DNA of 64,000 nucleotides from a virus. Its lineage: Duplodnaviria; Caudoviricetes. Position numbers and translations under genes: made by a program. The notes beneath the pieces are model-generated. The model was not told where the DNA came from, did not search any database, and was given only the letters and a program-made list of their open reading frames with translations. This document shows, piece by piece, positions 50,412 to 59,075 of the stretch; position 1 is the stretch's first letter; each line of letters starts with the position of its first letter. The stretch lies in the IMG/VR virus record IMGVR_UViG_3300024493_000235, positions 32,001 to 96,000 of that record. One strand, given 5' to 3'.

Positions 50412-50771
50412 ATGAAATACTTAGGGCTTATACTCTTACTCGCTGTGCTTTGTATGCTCTTTTTCTCGTGTTACGATTACCGAACAGTAACCAACGATCC
50501 GACTAAAGCCGGATGGTTTAAGAACGGCGTCGGAGAATGGGAGTGGAACAGAGACCGCGACAGGAAAGAATGGATTAGAGGAGAAATGAAAATACAAACC
50601 TTCGAAATCGGAGATACAACGTACTCCTTTACTCCAGGCTCTGTCAAAGCAATGAAGTGGATTGCAAGCAGACGTGCCAGATTGCGAGCCACCGCCATAG
50701 AACTTGGGAAAAATCCCGATTTCTATATTGACAGAAATATCCAAGAAGGGGAGAGAAGGGGTCGGCCATGA
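50412..50771 (+). CDS. Lipoprotein
   Basis: FFSC lipobox. Confidence 0.7.
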   Translation: MKYLGLILLLAVLCMLFFSCYDYRTVTNDPTKAGWFKNGVGEWEWNRDRDRKEWIRGEMKIQTFEIGDTTYSFTPGSVKAMKWIASRRARLRATAIELGKNPDFYIDRNIQEGERRGRP

Positions 50772-50929
50772 AAAAGAAATACAGAACGAAAGTCAAGATA
50801 CTTATTGCGATAGCAATAATTCTTGTAGTCGGCCTTATCGTATGGTTTACAGCCGACGAAATTCTTTGGTCTGGTCACACAGAAAGAGACATGTGGCCGC
50901 AGCCTCCGAGACTCCATCAAACCAAATGA
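50768..50929 (+). CDS. Small single-pass membrane protein (53 aa, not in ORF track)
   Basis: MKKKYRTKVKILIAIAIILVVGLIVWF...; ATGA coupling; terminator 50935-50959. Confidence 0.55.
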   Translation: MKKKYRTKVKILIAIAIILVVGLIVWFTADEILWSGHTERDMWPQPPRLHQTK

Positions 50930-50986
50930 TTACTATCCGGGGCCACAACGGCCCCGGATATTTTATTAATAGCGAAGGAGAAACCT

Positions 50987-51595
50987 ATGAAATTAGGAAA
51001 CAAAACAGTCCTACAAAACGTGCATATAGGGCTGTCACTTGATGTCGGAATCTTAATAAAATTCGACAGCAACAAACCTACTACCGATGTAGGAACAACG
51101 GCAAGAGTTCGCTGTAAACGTGTTGAGAATGTTCCATTTGAAATTCTCATTGACGAGATGGAAGTCCCCGATGTACTGCCTACATCAATAACAACTCCAA
51201 AAGATATACTCAGATACATGTTCAAGAAAGAAGACTTTACTGCCAGGATGATAAATACCGACAGTTATCTTGCTCTCATGGCTCATAGTACAAATAAAGA
51301 TGACCAAGATTTATTGCGAGAGATGTGCGAACTTCTGAAAGAAATGGCGGATTTAGTGGAGATAACAATCGGTCAGGGAAAAATACGGGGAAAAGAAGAG
51401 GAGTATCCTGAAAACAGGGATACCTGTATTATGTTATGCAAACCTACGTGGAACCAGAGCACAAAAGAATACACCAACAAATACTACAGCGAGCTGTCAG
51501 TATGCGTCACAGAAACCAAAATTACTTCATACGAATTCTCCGTCAAAAACCTGGAATACCAATATCCTGAAAAAGGAAATGATGTAAATCCGTAA
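50987..51595 (+). CDS. Hypothetical protein (family with 29761)
   Basis: AAGGAG RBS; LSVCVTETKITSYEF; terminator 51601-51628. Confidence 0.7.
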   Translation: MKLGNKTVLQNVHIGLSLDVGILIKFDSNKPTTDVGTTARVRCKRVENVPFEILIDEMEVPDVLPTSITTPKDILRYMFKKEDFTARMINTDSYLALMAHSTNKDDQDLLREMCELLKEMADLVEITIGQGKIRGKEEEYPENRDTCIMLCKPTWNQSTKEYTNKYYSELSVCVTETKITSYEFSVKNLEYQYPEKGNDVNP

Positions 51596-51684
51596 TAAAC
51601 TACCGTGGCCATCATTATGGCCACGGTATTTCCGTTTTTATTTGTATTTTAATTATATATCATATTAATATCAAGGAGATTAAT

Positions 51685-52047
51685 ATGACAACACAACTTA
51701 AAAAAATGACTCCAGAATTATTTTTAGATCTCTTTTCATATGCAAAGAATCATCAGGATTGTGAATCCTCTGCATTTCTCACAGATCTAAATCGGGTTAC
51801 GGAAAAGTTTCTATCTGCTCTTAGAAGTTTTTATCCTAATGTCGTTGATAATCCTTATCATCCGGATCGAAAAGCAATCATCGATGGTATTGAAGATTAT
51901 GTTATAACAGACATTGCTAATTGCATCAAAACTTATAATGCCGAAGGAAAAGATTTTACCGTAACGGATTTCCAAGCAATATGTGATGAATACGTAAGTG
52001 GAGCTAAAAATTTCGTTATCGAGATCCATAAAAAAACCGGAGAATAA
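51685..52047 (+). CDS. Hypothetical protein
   Basis: Promoter 51654, AAGGAG RBS. Confidence 0.7.
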   Translation: MTTQLKKMTPELFLDLFSYAKNHQDCESSAFLTDLNRVTEKFLSALRSFYPNVVDNPYHPDRKAIIDGIEDYVITDIANCIKTYNAEGKDFTVTDFQAICDEYVSGAKNFVIEIHKKTGE

Positions 52048-52080
52048 AATATCCTCAATGGCCAAATGGCCATTGAAGTA

Positions 52081-52368
52081 TTATTTCTTTTTTGTTCGAT
52101 ATTTAAGGCATACAATAAGTGTAAATAAACATACTACACCCTCAGATATTTCTGTTATAAAAAAGACGATATCGGAAGAGAATATAAAAGAATATGCCGC
52201 CATTAAAGAATATCCTATGATCCAAACGATCCAGCTTGAAATTGCAATATCATCGGATTTCTTTGTACGAATTGTTTTTACTATTTGTGGAAAGAATGAG
52301 AAAAATCCAAAAGCATTACATACGATAAGCATAACAGCCGAAATAAAATTAGGTTCAAGTCCTAACAT
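52081..52368 (-). CDS. SemiSWEET/PQ-loop family transporter
   Basis: Three TM helices; FFPQIVKTIRTKKSDDIAISSW; CAGGAG RBS. Confidence 0.8.
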   Translation of the reverse strand: MLGLEPNFISAVMLIVCNAFGFFSFFPQIVKTIRTKKSDDIAISSWIVWIIGYSLMAAYSFIFSSDIVFFITEISEGVVCLFTLIVCLKYRTKKK

Positions 52369-52496
52369 ATTTTCTCCTGATATTATTTAAATTAAAGATA
52401 GTTTTAGCTATATATAATATAACTAATAAAAGACACTTTAAGGTACTTCGATTAACCCAATGTTACTCTAGTACCGCAACACAAAAGGAGAAGTAT

Positions 52497-53093
52497 ATGA
52501 TGACATACAAAAACCAAAGCGAAATTCTTGATGTATTATTGGGAGTATCGTATGGTATTATCACAGGTACGAGTAAAACTAATAGTATCGATATTCTCGA
52601 TGTCGGAAGTGGTAAAACGAGTATCACAAGCATTGTAAACTCGTGTGAGGTTTTGGGTTTTAAAGCAAAAGTCGATGCCATTATTCATCCTGACGACAGC
52701 ATGAAAATTAAGTCTGTTAAAAATTTGCATCTTCCAAGTTATGTGCATATACATACCGAAGATATGAAAGATCTCAAATGGGAAAAACAGTACGATATTG
52801 TGTTTGCGCATTTATTTTTGGGATTTGCTTCGAGTTTTAACAGTTCGCTAAATTCCTATATGGCTTTAATGTCCGTATTTGGCATTAAAAGTAAAATATA
52901 TGTTATCATGGATTATAAGGAAAATCCGGATATTGCCTGGGATAATATTCGTATGCATCTTAGTGCTGTAAGAGACCATGAATATGGTAAGACTGTATTG
53001 TTGTACAACGAATTTCCGCTACAGAAACCTGTCAACTTTGCACAATTTACAGGGAAGACGGTTGTTAGCTATATTATTGCTAGCAAGAAATAA
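52497..53093 (+). CDS. Class I SAM-dependent methyltransferase
   Basis: ILDVGSGKTS and YDIVFAHL. Confidence 0.65.
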   Translation: MMTYKNQSEILDVLLGVSYGIITGTSKTNSIDILDVGSGKTSITSIVNSCEVLGFKAKVDAIIHPDDSMKIKSVKNLHLPSYVHIHTEDMKDLKWEKQYDIVFAHLFLGFASSFNSSLNSYMALMSVFGIKSKIYVIMDYKENPDIAWDNIRMHLSAVRDHEYGKTVLLYNEFPLQKPVNFAQFTGKTVVSYIIASKK

Positions 53094-53104
53094 TTGGAGG
53101 ATTT

Positions 53105-53409
53105 ATGAAAGTAAACAACGATTTGTTCAAACTGCATTCCCTCACAGTGTTTTGCAAGTTAAAAAAGTATATCTTACATTTCATGTGACAGATGAGACCG
53201 GTGATGTCGTTATAGAAGATATAAAGAATCTCACTCCAACAGATGCCGATAGAGATATCTTTCTTTCTGATCTTTCATTTGCTGCAACAAATGTCACTGT
53301 TAATTTAAAAAGTGAAAGTGCAAAAAATTCTGTTTATGATGGTGTATCTGTTGTAATTAGAAAAACAAGCATCGATCATTATGAATTTGTCTATGCAGAA
53401 CCGCACTAA
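53105..53409 (+). pseudogene. Probably frameshifted member of the 29761/50987 family
   Basis: GGAGG RBS and ATG 53105 give only 27 aa; another frame carries VSVVIRKTSIDHYEF. Confidence 0.4.
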
Positions 53410-53438
53410 ATTTGTTTCTATTTACACAGGAGGAAAAC

Positions 53439-54122
53439 ATGACCACAAACGAAATCATGTCAAAGATTTGGGAAAACGACATGAACAAGCGACAGAAGGA
53501 CCATGAAGAAGAAAGAGAAAAGAGAAAATCGTATCGTAATGATTTTCTTCACTGGATGGATATGGTAACTCGTGACATTGCAAAAGCCGTGAGTACCATT
53601 TGTACCAATTTCATACTCGATACATCAAACAATGTTGAAAACGAAGTTGATGGTAAACATACTACCAAGTGTGTTGAAATCGGGGCTGGAAAAATTACAT
53701 TCGCTATTCCAATAAACAGTACAAGGATTATAAACTTTTATGGAAGCAGCGCAGAGAACTTCAACGACTTCGCAGACGGCATTACCTGGAAAATATTGTA
53801 CGTTCATCCGAAGGTGCTTCATATTCCAAATAACCTTAGAAAGGTTTTTCGAAGAATCATAAAAGATGAACCTCTTATTACAAAAGGTGCCATCAGTAAT
53901 GATGTACTTTCCGATGACATATTTTATGAAATCGTCGTTCCGCGCATTAGTTTTAAACAATGGGCAATTACATGTATAGAACGTTTGGAAAAACAAATTC
54001 GAGAGAATATGTCAAAAACGTTTGATACGATCGAATCTCTTAGCATTGTCGTCACAGAAATTAACGGAACGGATGAGACATTTACTTTCACTTGTGATAT
54101 TACAATTCCCTTTAATATCTGA
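53439..54122 (+). CDS. Hypothetical protein, distant paralog of 28156
   Basis: NEIMSKI...FLHW...IAKAV...ITFAIP...ITW; AGGAGG RBS; terminator about 54123-54156. Confidence 0.7.
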   Translation: MTTNEIMSKIWENDMNKRQKDHEEEREKRKSYRNDFLHWMDMVTRDIAKAVSTICTNFILDTSNNVENEVDGKHTTKCVEIGAGKITFAIPINSTRIINFYGSSAENFNDFADGITWKILYVHPKVLHIPNNLRKVFRRIIKDEPLITKGAISNDVLSDDIFYEIVVPRISFKQWAITCIERLEKQIRENMSKTFDTIESLSIVVTEINGTDETFTFTCDITIPFNI

Positions 54123-54209
54123 TAATTATAGGGGCTAAAATTAGCCCCTATAATTATTTTTGTTTCTATATTATTTTTAGGTATATATCATTTATCTGGA
54201 GGAATAAAA

Positions 54210-54716
54210 ATGAATATAGCGTCATATAAATGTCTTACCATAGATCAGATAGAAGATGTCGTTAAAGTACTTCATCGAATTGTCCCGACTCTTAAAGTGT
54301 CATATGATCTTGGTAAAGCGGCTGTCCGTGTAGAATTTCCGGACAAATCATATTTTTGGATGATGGGTACGCATTTCGTTCCTGCAAGTGTGCATGACGA
54401 AGTTGATCTCGTTATCCATATCGATATGCGTGATAGAAACGAAGTAGATTTTGTACACACACTTTTAGCATCAGACAGATTCTTTCAATCGCTTATCAAA
54501 AACCATACTGTGTGGAGTTTTATGGAACCGGGCTTTATAGAAGAATGTGATAACGAATATTACTGTTTCACTTTCAGAGTCCATACTCTTCACTTTGAAG
54601 TCTGTTACGACGGTCCACACAATTGGAAGGACGAAATTAATCATGATTCTAAAGACTTCGATGAAGACATCAAAAAGGTATTTGAAAATGTAAAACAGCA
54701 CATGATGTCTTTGTGA
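54210..54716 (+). CDS. Hypothetical protein
   Basis: Promoter 54182, GGAGG RBS, terminator 54721-54746. Confidence 0.7.
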   Translation: MNIASYKCLTIDQIEDVVKVLHRIVPTLKVSYDLGKAAVRVEFPDKSYFWMMGTHFVPASVHDEVDLVIHIDMRDRNEVDFVHTLLASDRFFQSLIKNHTVWSFMEPGFIEECDNEYYCFTFRVHTLHFEVCYDGPHNWKDEINHDSKDFDEDIKKVFENVKQHMMSL

Positions 54717-54809
54717 TATAACATACGCCGCAAATGCGGCGTATGTTATTTTTTTGTTGCAATAATTTATTTAATTATATATAATAAAAATACACAGAGG
54801 AGATTTAAA

Positions 54810-55262
54810 ATGATTTATACGTCTTATTTCGCTATAGCGCAACATGTACCGTTTCCAATATCGATCGCTTTAAGGGAGCCTGGAAACTACCCTAAAATAC
54901 CGTTTTTAGCCCCAACAAGTGAGCTATTATATGCGTACAAGCATAAAAACGTTAGTGAGACCCAATATATCGAGATATACAACGAAATGCTTCACAAAAT
55001 AAAGCCCGAAAGGATTATCTCTGAAATAAAGAAATTAAAGAAGAATTTTTACTATACTGAAGAAGATGTCACGTTGTGTTGTTGGGAAAAATCTGGTTAT
55101 TTTTGTCACAGACATTTAGTATCACAGTATTTATCTGAAGCTGGATATATGGTGGCAGAATGGGCGAAATCACCATCTTTATATATTGCTAACGCTCCAA
55201 AACATGGAAAACTTGCACCGGGATCTTCTGTTTCAGAATCAAATCCTGACGGATGGATTTAA
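54810..55262 (+). CDS. DUF488-like protein
   Basis: MIYTSYFA...LAPTSELL...LCCWEKSGYFCHRHLV. Confidence 0.8.
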   Translation: MIYTSYFAIAQHVPFPISIALREPGNYPKIPFLAPTSELLYAYKHKNVSETQYIEIYNEMLHKIKPERIISEIKKLKKNFYYTEEDVTLCCWEKSGYFCHRHLVSQYLSEAGYMVAEWAKSPSLYIANAPKHGKLAPGSSVSESNPDGWI

Positions 55263-55289
55263 AAATATTTTGAGTATATATCATCTATA

Positions 55290-55366
55290 TGAGAAAATAT
55301 AGAGATTAGATTATTAAATCTTGAGTCGTTGACTCGTGTTAGTAACAATATCCTGTATAAGTATCA
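55290..55366 (+). ncRNA. Structured 5' leader hairpin, copy 4 of 5
   Basis: TATAG/CTGTA and TTATTAA/TTAGTAA stems (G.U pairs); apical GAGTC-GTT-GACTC. Confidence 0.65.
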
Positions 55367-55377
55367 AAGGTTGTTAT

Positions 55378-55824
55378 ATGACTACAGCAATATATTTTAG
55401 AGACTTCACGATGACACTTCCTGAGAAAGACCGGAGAATAACCGCATTCTTAAGAATGATAAATTATCTCGCGGAGAAGAATGTCCACGCTTCAATACGG
55501 CACGAATCGGTTGAAGAAATGGAACTCACTGTATTCCGTACATCAAAAGAAAACGGTTACAGAGTTCTGTACTACGCGCAAGGCGATATTAAAATCGTCA
55601 TAGCCGATACATTTGGCAGTATCAACCAGCCCGCGATGTATACTAACATGGTGCAGGGCATTGTCGGCAAAGACGCTAAGGAAAATCTCGTCCACATCGA
55701 AGAGATCTATACATGCGACAGGAATCTCATTGGAAAGGTTATCAATGCGGACAGCGAAGAGAAAAAAGCTGCCGCAAAAGAAAATCTCAAGAAGTTTATT
55801 TACACAAACGATCCGATTCAGTAA
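55378..55824 (+). CDS. Hypothetical protein
   Basis: ATG 55378 after the leader; terminator about 55829-55856. Confidence 0.7.
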   Translation: MTTAIYFRDFTMTLPEKDRRITAFLRMINYLAEKNVHASIRHESVEEMELTVFRTSKENGYRVLYYAQGDIKIVIADTFGSINQPAMYTNMVQGIVGKDAKENLVHIEEIYTCDRNLIGKVINADSEEKKAAAKENLKKFIYTNDPIQ

Positions 55825-55866
55825 ACGTATATGGAGACCAAAACGGGTCTCCATATATTATTTTTT

Positions 55867-56499
55867 TTACACTAAAGGATACTTAGCATTTTCTGGTCTA
55901 TCTGTTAATGCGAGTTTTCTTAAAGCAGCATTCCTGTCTACACCACCAGCTTCATCTGCTTGTTTTTCGGACCATCGAGTTTTGTAGTACCAATAGTGCC
56001 TATCGTATATACACCAAGCTACATGGAACCACCTATCCCACATGTTGCAAAACACCGAACTGTATACACCAACAGTTGGCAGGTATAGCCACCCTAATGT
56101 TTCTGATTGTCCTATTTTATGTCCTTTTTCATGTCGTATGGTATATAAATCATGGGCTGTATTTAAACAGATATATTTTCCCATTGAAAACCCTGAAACA
56201 TTACCAAGTATTTTATCATTTTTATGGGAACAATAATCTGCTACATAAATTTTAAAGCCGGTTAATTCTTCCATTCCGTATAGGAATTTTAATTCTCTCT
56301 GACTTAGCACAATAAGTCTTTCTTTCCATAAACGACTCATTCCATAACCCAATGCGTTCTGAGGTAATTGCCACACCCATTCAAATAAAAACTTACCAAC
56401 CTTTTTGGCGTAAAGTTTTATATAATCCAGTGCAGTTTTAAAAAATGGCAATATTTTGGTAGATAAAAATATACCGATTTTTGTAAATAGATTTTTCAT
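55867..56499 (-). CDS. HExxH zincin-like membrane-associated protein
   Basis: WQLPQN.LG, RHEKGH, QS..LGWLYLP.VG; AACA-N6-TA at 56513-56524. Confidence 0.65.
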   Translation of the reverse strand: MKNLFTKIGIFLSTKILPFFKTALDYIKLYAKKVGKFLFEWVWQLPQNALGYGMSRLWKERLIVLSQRELKFLYGMEELTGFKIYVADYCSHKNDKILGNVSGFSMGKYICLNTAHDLYTIRHEKGHKIGQSETLGWLYLPTVGVYSSVFCNMWDRWFHVAWCIYDRHYWYYKTRWSEKQADEAGGVDRNAALRKLALTDRPENAKYPLV

Positions 56500-56575
56500 A
56501 TATACCTCCATTTACAAAAATGTTTTTCTACGATCCTATCGTATCTACATAAATCTTAAATATATATCATATTAA

Positions 56576-56651
56576 TGAGAGATAAGATATTTAGATTATA
56601 ATGTCTTGGATCGTTGATCCGCGCATGTAACAAGTATATCTTATGATATCA
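56576..56651 (+). ncRNA. Structured 5' leader hairpin, copy 5 of 5
   Basis: ATAAGATAT/ATATCTTAT stem; apical GGATC-GTT-GATCC. Confidence 0.65.
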
Positions 56652-56663
56652 AAGGTGATAATT

Positions 56664-57338
56664 ATGAAAATTAATAGCATGATGTTTCAAAAGAAACGTA
56701 TACCTCTTACATGTTTAAAAAGCATTGTTGACATGCATCAGAAAGCGTGGTCTTTCGATTTGGGATCTCCATTCCTAAATTGGATTGCGGTTCTTGTAAA
56801 AGTGTGCGATAAAAAGAACCGAAAGCACAATGTATGTGTTTTAACGTTTGATATGAGCGAATTAGATTGTAAAACACTTAAACTCAGAGTTGACGAACTT
56901 ATTGGTTTTGCTCTAGTGTACAATGCGAATAAGCCAAAACAGTACCACCCGATTTTATGTATGATATACTGGTTTTGTTATATCATACTCCTATTTTCAA
57001 AACATGGACGTGGGTGTCTACGATGGAGAAAAATGTTCGCGTCACATCAAGAAGCTGCCTTAACTCTAGGAAAACAAGCATTATTCGGTTTGACAAAAGG
57101 AAAAACTTCGGAAGGCCTCGTTATTGTTACAGACCCAAAATTTCAAAAACAAGGTGTGTACACAGGTATGATGAATGCGATATTCAAAAATATGAAAGGA
57201 TATTTTATATTTCACACATCGACAGATTGTACATACCAAGCACATAATCGTTTTGAATGTAAAAAGATTTTTGAGGTTCCAATGTTTTTCCCTGAAAAAG
57301 AAATAACGTTTATAATGTACAAGAAGCTCGAAGTCTAA
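56664..57338 (+). CDS. GNAT-family acetyltransferase
   Basis: IVTDPKFQKQGVYTGMM (acetyl-CoA-binding motif A). Confidence 0.65.
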   Translation: MKINSMMFQKKRIPLTCLKSIVDMHQKAWSFDLGSPFLNWIAVLVKVCDKKNRKHNVCVLTFDMSELDCKTLKLRVDELIGFALVYNANKPKQYHPILCMIYWFCYIILLFSKHGRGCLRWRKMFASHQEAALTLGKQALFGLTKGKTSEGLVIVTDPKFQKQGVYTGMMNAIFKNMKGYFIFHTSTDCTYQAHNRFECKKIFEVPMFFPEKEITFIMYKKLEV

Positions 57339-57350
57339 AGGAGGCGCAGC

Positions 57351-57521
57351 ATGGAAAAGATAAGATGTAAGAAATGCGGCAGAGCGCTGAAGTCCTGTGA
57401 AAAGAATTTATGTCCGTATCACCGAAACTTACTTGATAGAAAAATCAAGGTGTTCACAATAGTATGCGGTGTCGCTGTTATCATCTTTATAATCATCGGT
57501 GCTATTTCAAAGATGATGTAA
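57351..57521 (+). CDS. Small Zn-ribbon + TM protein (56 aa, not in ORF track)
   Basis: AGGAGG RBS; CKKCG...CPYH then a hydrophobic helix. Confidence 0.6.
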   Translation: MEKIRCKKCGRALKSCEKNLCPYHRNLLDRKIKVFTIVCGVAVIIFIIIGAISKMM

Positions 57522-57537
57522 TGCATAGGAGCGAAGT

Positions 57538-57795
57538 ATGAAAAAGAAAGTTCAGTATTACACCATTCAAGAAACGTGCAAAATAATGCATATAAGTTTA
57601 AGTACTGCAACACGTGGATTACGAGCATTAAAAGATAAACCTTGGACTGAGGCTGTTCGCTTAAGAAATCGTCGTGTACTAATACCTCGGAAAGTTGTTG
57701 ACAATCTTTCAGACATACATCCGTACATTCCAATGAAGTATAAAAAGAAAAAGGCAGAAATAAAGCCGATTAAAAGAAAAAGTACAAAACGATAA
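57538..57795 (+). CDS. Excisionase-like helix-turn-helix protein
   Basis: YYTIQETCKIMHISLSTATR...AVRL..RRVLIPR; terminator 57798-57824. Confidence 0.7.
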   Translation: MKKKVQYYTIQETCKIMHISLSTATRGLRALKDKPWTEAVRLRNRRVLIPRKVVDNLSDIHPYIPMKYKKKKAEIKPIKRKSTKR

Positions 57796-57884
57796 ATCAT
57801 TGGGGAGCTATTAGCTCCCCAATGTTATTTTTTTTAATATACATTTTACCTATATATAATTAACTTAAGATAAGGAGAATAAAA

Positions 57885-58289
57885 ATGATAAAAAACATAT
57901 ATGTCAATGATGATGACGACAGTGAGTTTGTCGGCGATGTATTTGTTGAATTACAACAACACAAGATACGTAATTTTAATGCTTTTCGTAAAAAGAAAAA
58001 TCATGATCCACACCTTTATATTGAAACGGTATACGATCTTTCAAAACAACCGATTCCAGATAGAGATGATGTACGATCTGGTATTATGATACCAGACGAA
58101 ACATTTTTCATACGCGTTCCAAAAGAAGAGTTGGATAAAGGTTTAATATCAACTGTCATATTAGTAAAACTTTTCGAGCATTATATCGACAGTAAGATAC
58201 TTAAAAAGCTTTTACCAAATGAAGAGAATCTGCGAGACATGATTAATACCGCCTTAAGGACAAGCAAAATGAGGTGGATTTATACATGA
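57885..58289 (+). CDS. Hypothetical protein
   Basis: Promoter 57851, AAGGAG RBS. Confidence 0.7.
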   Translation: MIKNIYVNDDDDSEFVGDVFVELQQHKIRNFNAFRKKKNHDPHLYIETVYDLSKQPIPDRDDVRSGIMIPDETFFIRVPKEELDKGLISTVILVKLFEHYIDSKILKKLLPNEENLRDMINTALRTSKMRWIYT

Positions 58290-58316
58290 TTCATACATAA
58301 CTCTGGAGGGCACTAT

Positions 58317-59075
58317 ATGGCTAAAACGAAAAAATGCACTTGTTGCAAAAAAATAAAGCCCTTATCAGAATTTCACAAACAAAAAGCCTATAAGGACGGA
58401 TATCGTAGCCAATGTAAAAAATGTTTACGTAAAAAAGATAAACATCGATACAATAACGATCCGGAGGTTATTAAAAAGAGAAAAGAAAAAGAAGCGCAAA
58501 AGAAGTTATTTCAGCAGCATTTGAAAAAACGATGCGCATGTTGTAAAAAAATAAAACTTTTATCTGCGTTCAGTAAAAATTCGGCAACAAAAGACGGATA
58601 TCAATATTTGTGTAAAAAATGCACAAGTGAAAAAGATAAACGTCGATACAATAACGATCCAGAAGTTATTGCAAAAAGGAAAGAAAAGGAGGTACGAAAA
58701 GAGTTATTTCAGTATTCGAAAAAATACTGTACCTATTGTAAACAGATAAAACCTTTATCTGCATTTCGCAAAGATTCAAGAACAAAAGATGGATACCGAT
58801 ATTGGTGTAAAGAATGCGTAAATACATATCAGCAAACACCAAAATGTAGAGAACGACGACGTAATGGTGCAAAAATATATTACAAAACCCACAAAAATAA
58901 TTGTAGCACATTACGCAGACTGGCAAAGGCATACTTTAAAGAATTAGGACTGGATCCTAAAAATGTAAGCGAAGAATTTCTGCTATTAAAAGCAGAGCAT
59001 ATAAGATTACGACGACAACTCAAATCAAAGGAGAAGAAAAATGGCAGTTCCAAAACCGGAGTTAAGCGTGGATGA
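58317..59075 (+). CDS. Protein with three tandem C4 zinc-finger repeats
   Basis: 3x K.C..CK.IK.LS.F.K.....DGY...CK.C. Confidence 0.75.
   Translation: MAKTKKCTCCKKIKPLSEFHKQKAYKDGYRSQCKKCLRKKDKHRYNNDPEVIKKRKEKEAQKKLFQQHLKKRCACCKKIKLLSAFSKNSATKDGYQYLCKKCTSEKDKRRYNNDPEVIAKRKEKEVRKELFQYSKKYCTYCKQIKPLSAFRKDSRTKDGYRYWCKECVNTYQQTPKCRERRRNGAKIYYKTHKNNCSTLRRLAKAYFKELGLDPKNVSEEFLLLKAEHIRLRRQLKSKEKKNGSSKTGVKRG

Noticed and set aside
31051-56651. Leader hairpins as integron attC sites, CRISPR repeats or MITEs
   Set aside because: No RYYYAAC/GTTRRRY ends, no integrase, no repeat-spacer periodicity and no target duplications; they sit between promoter and RBS and use G.U-compatible pairs
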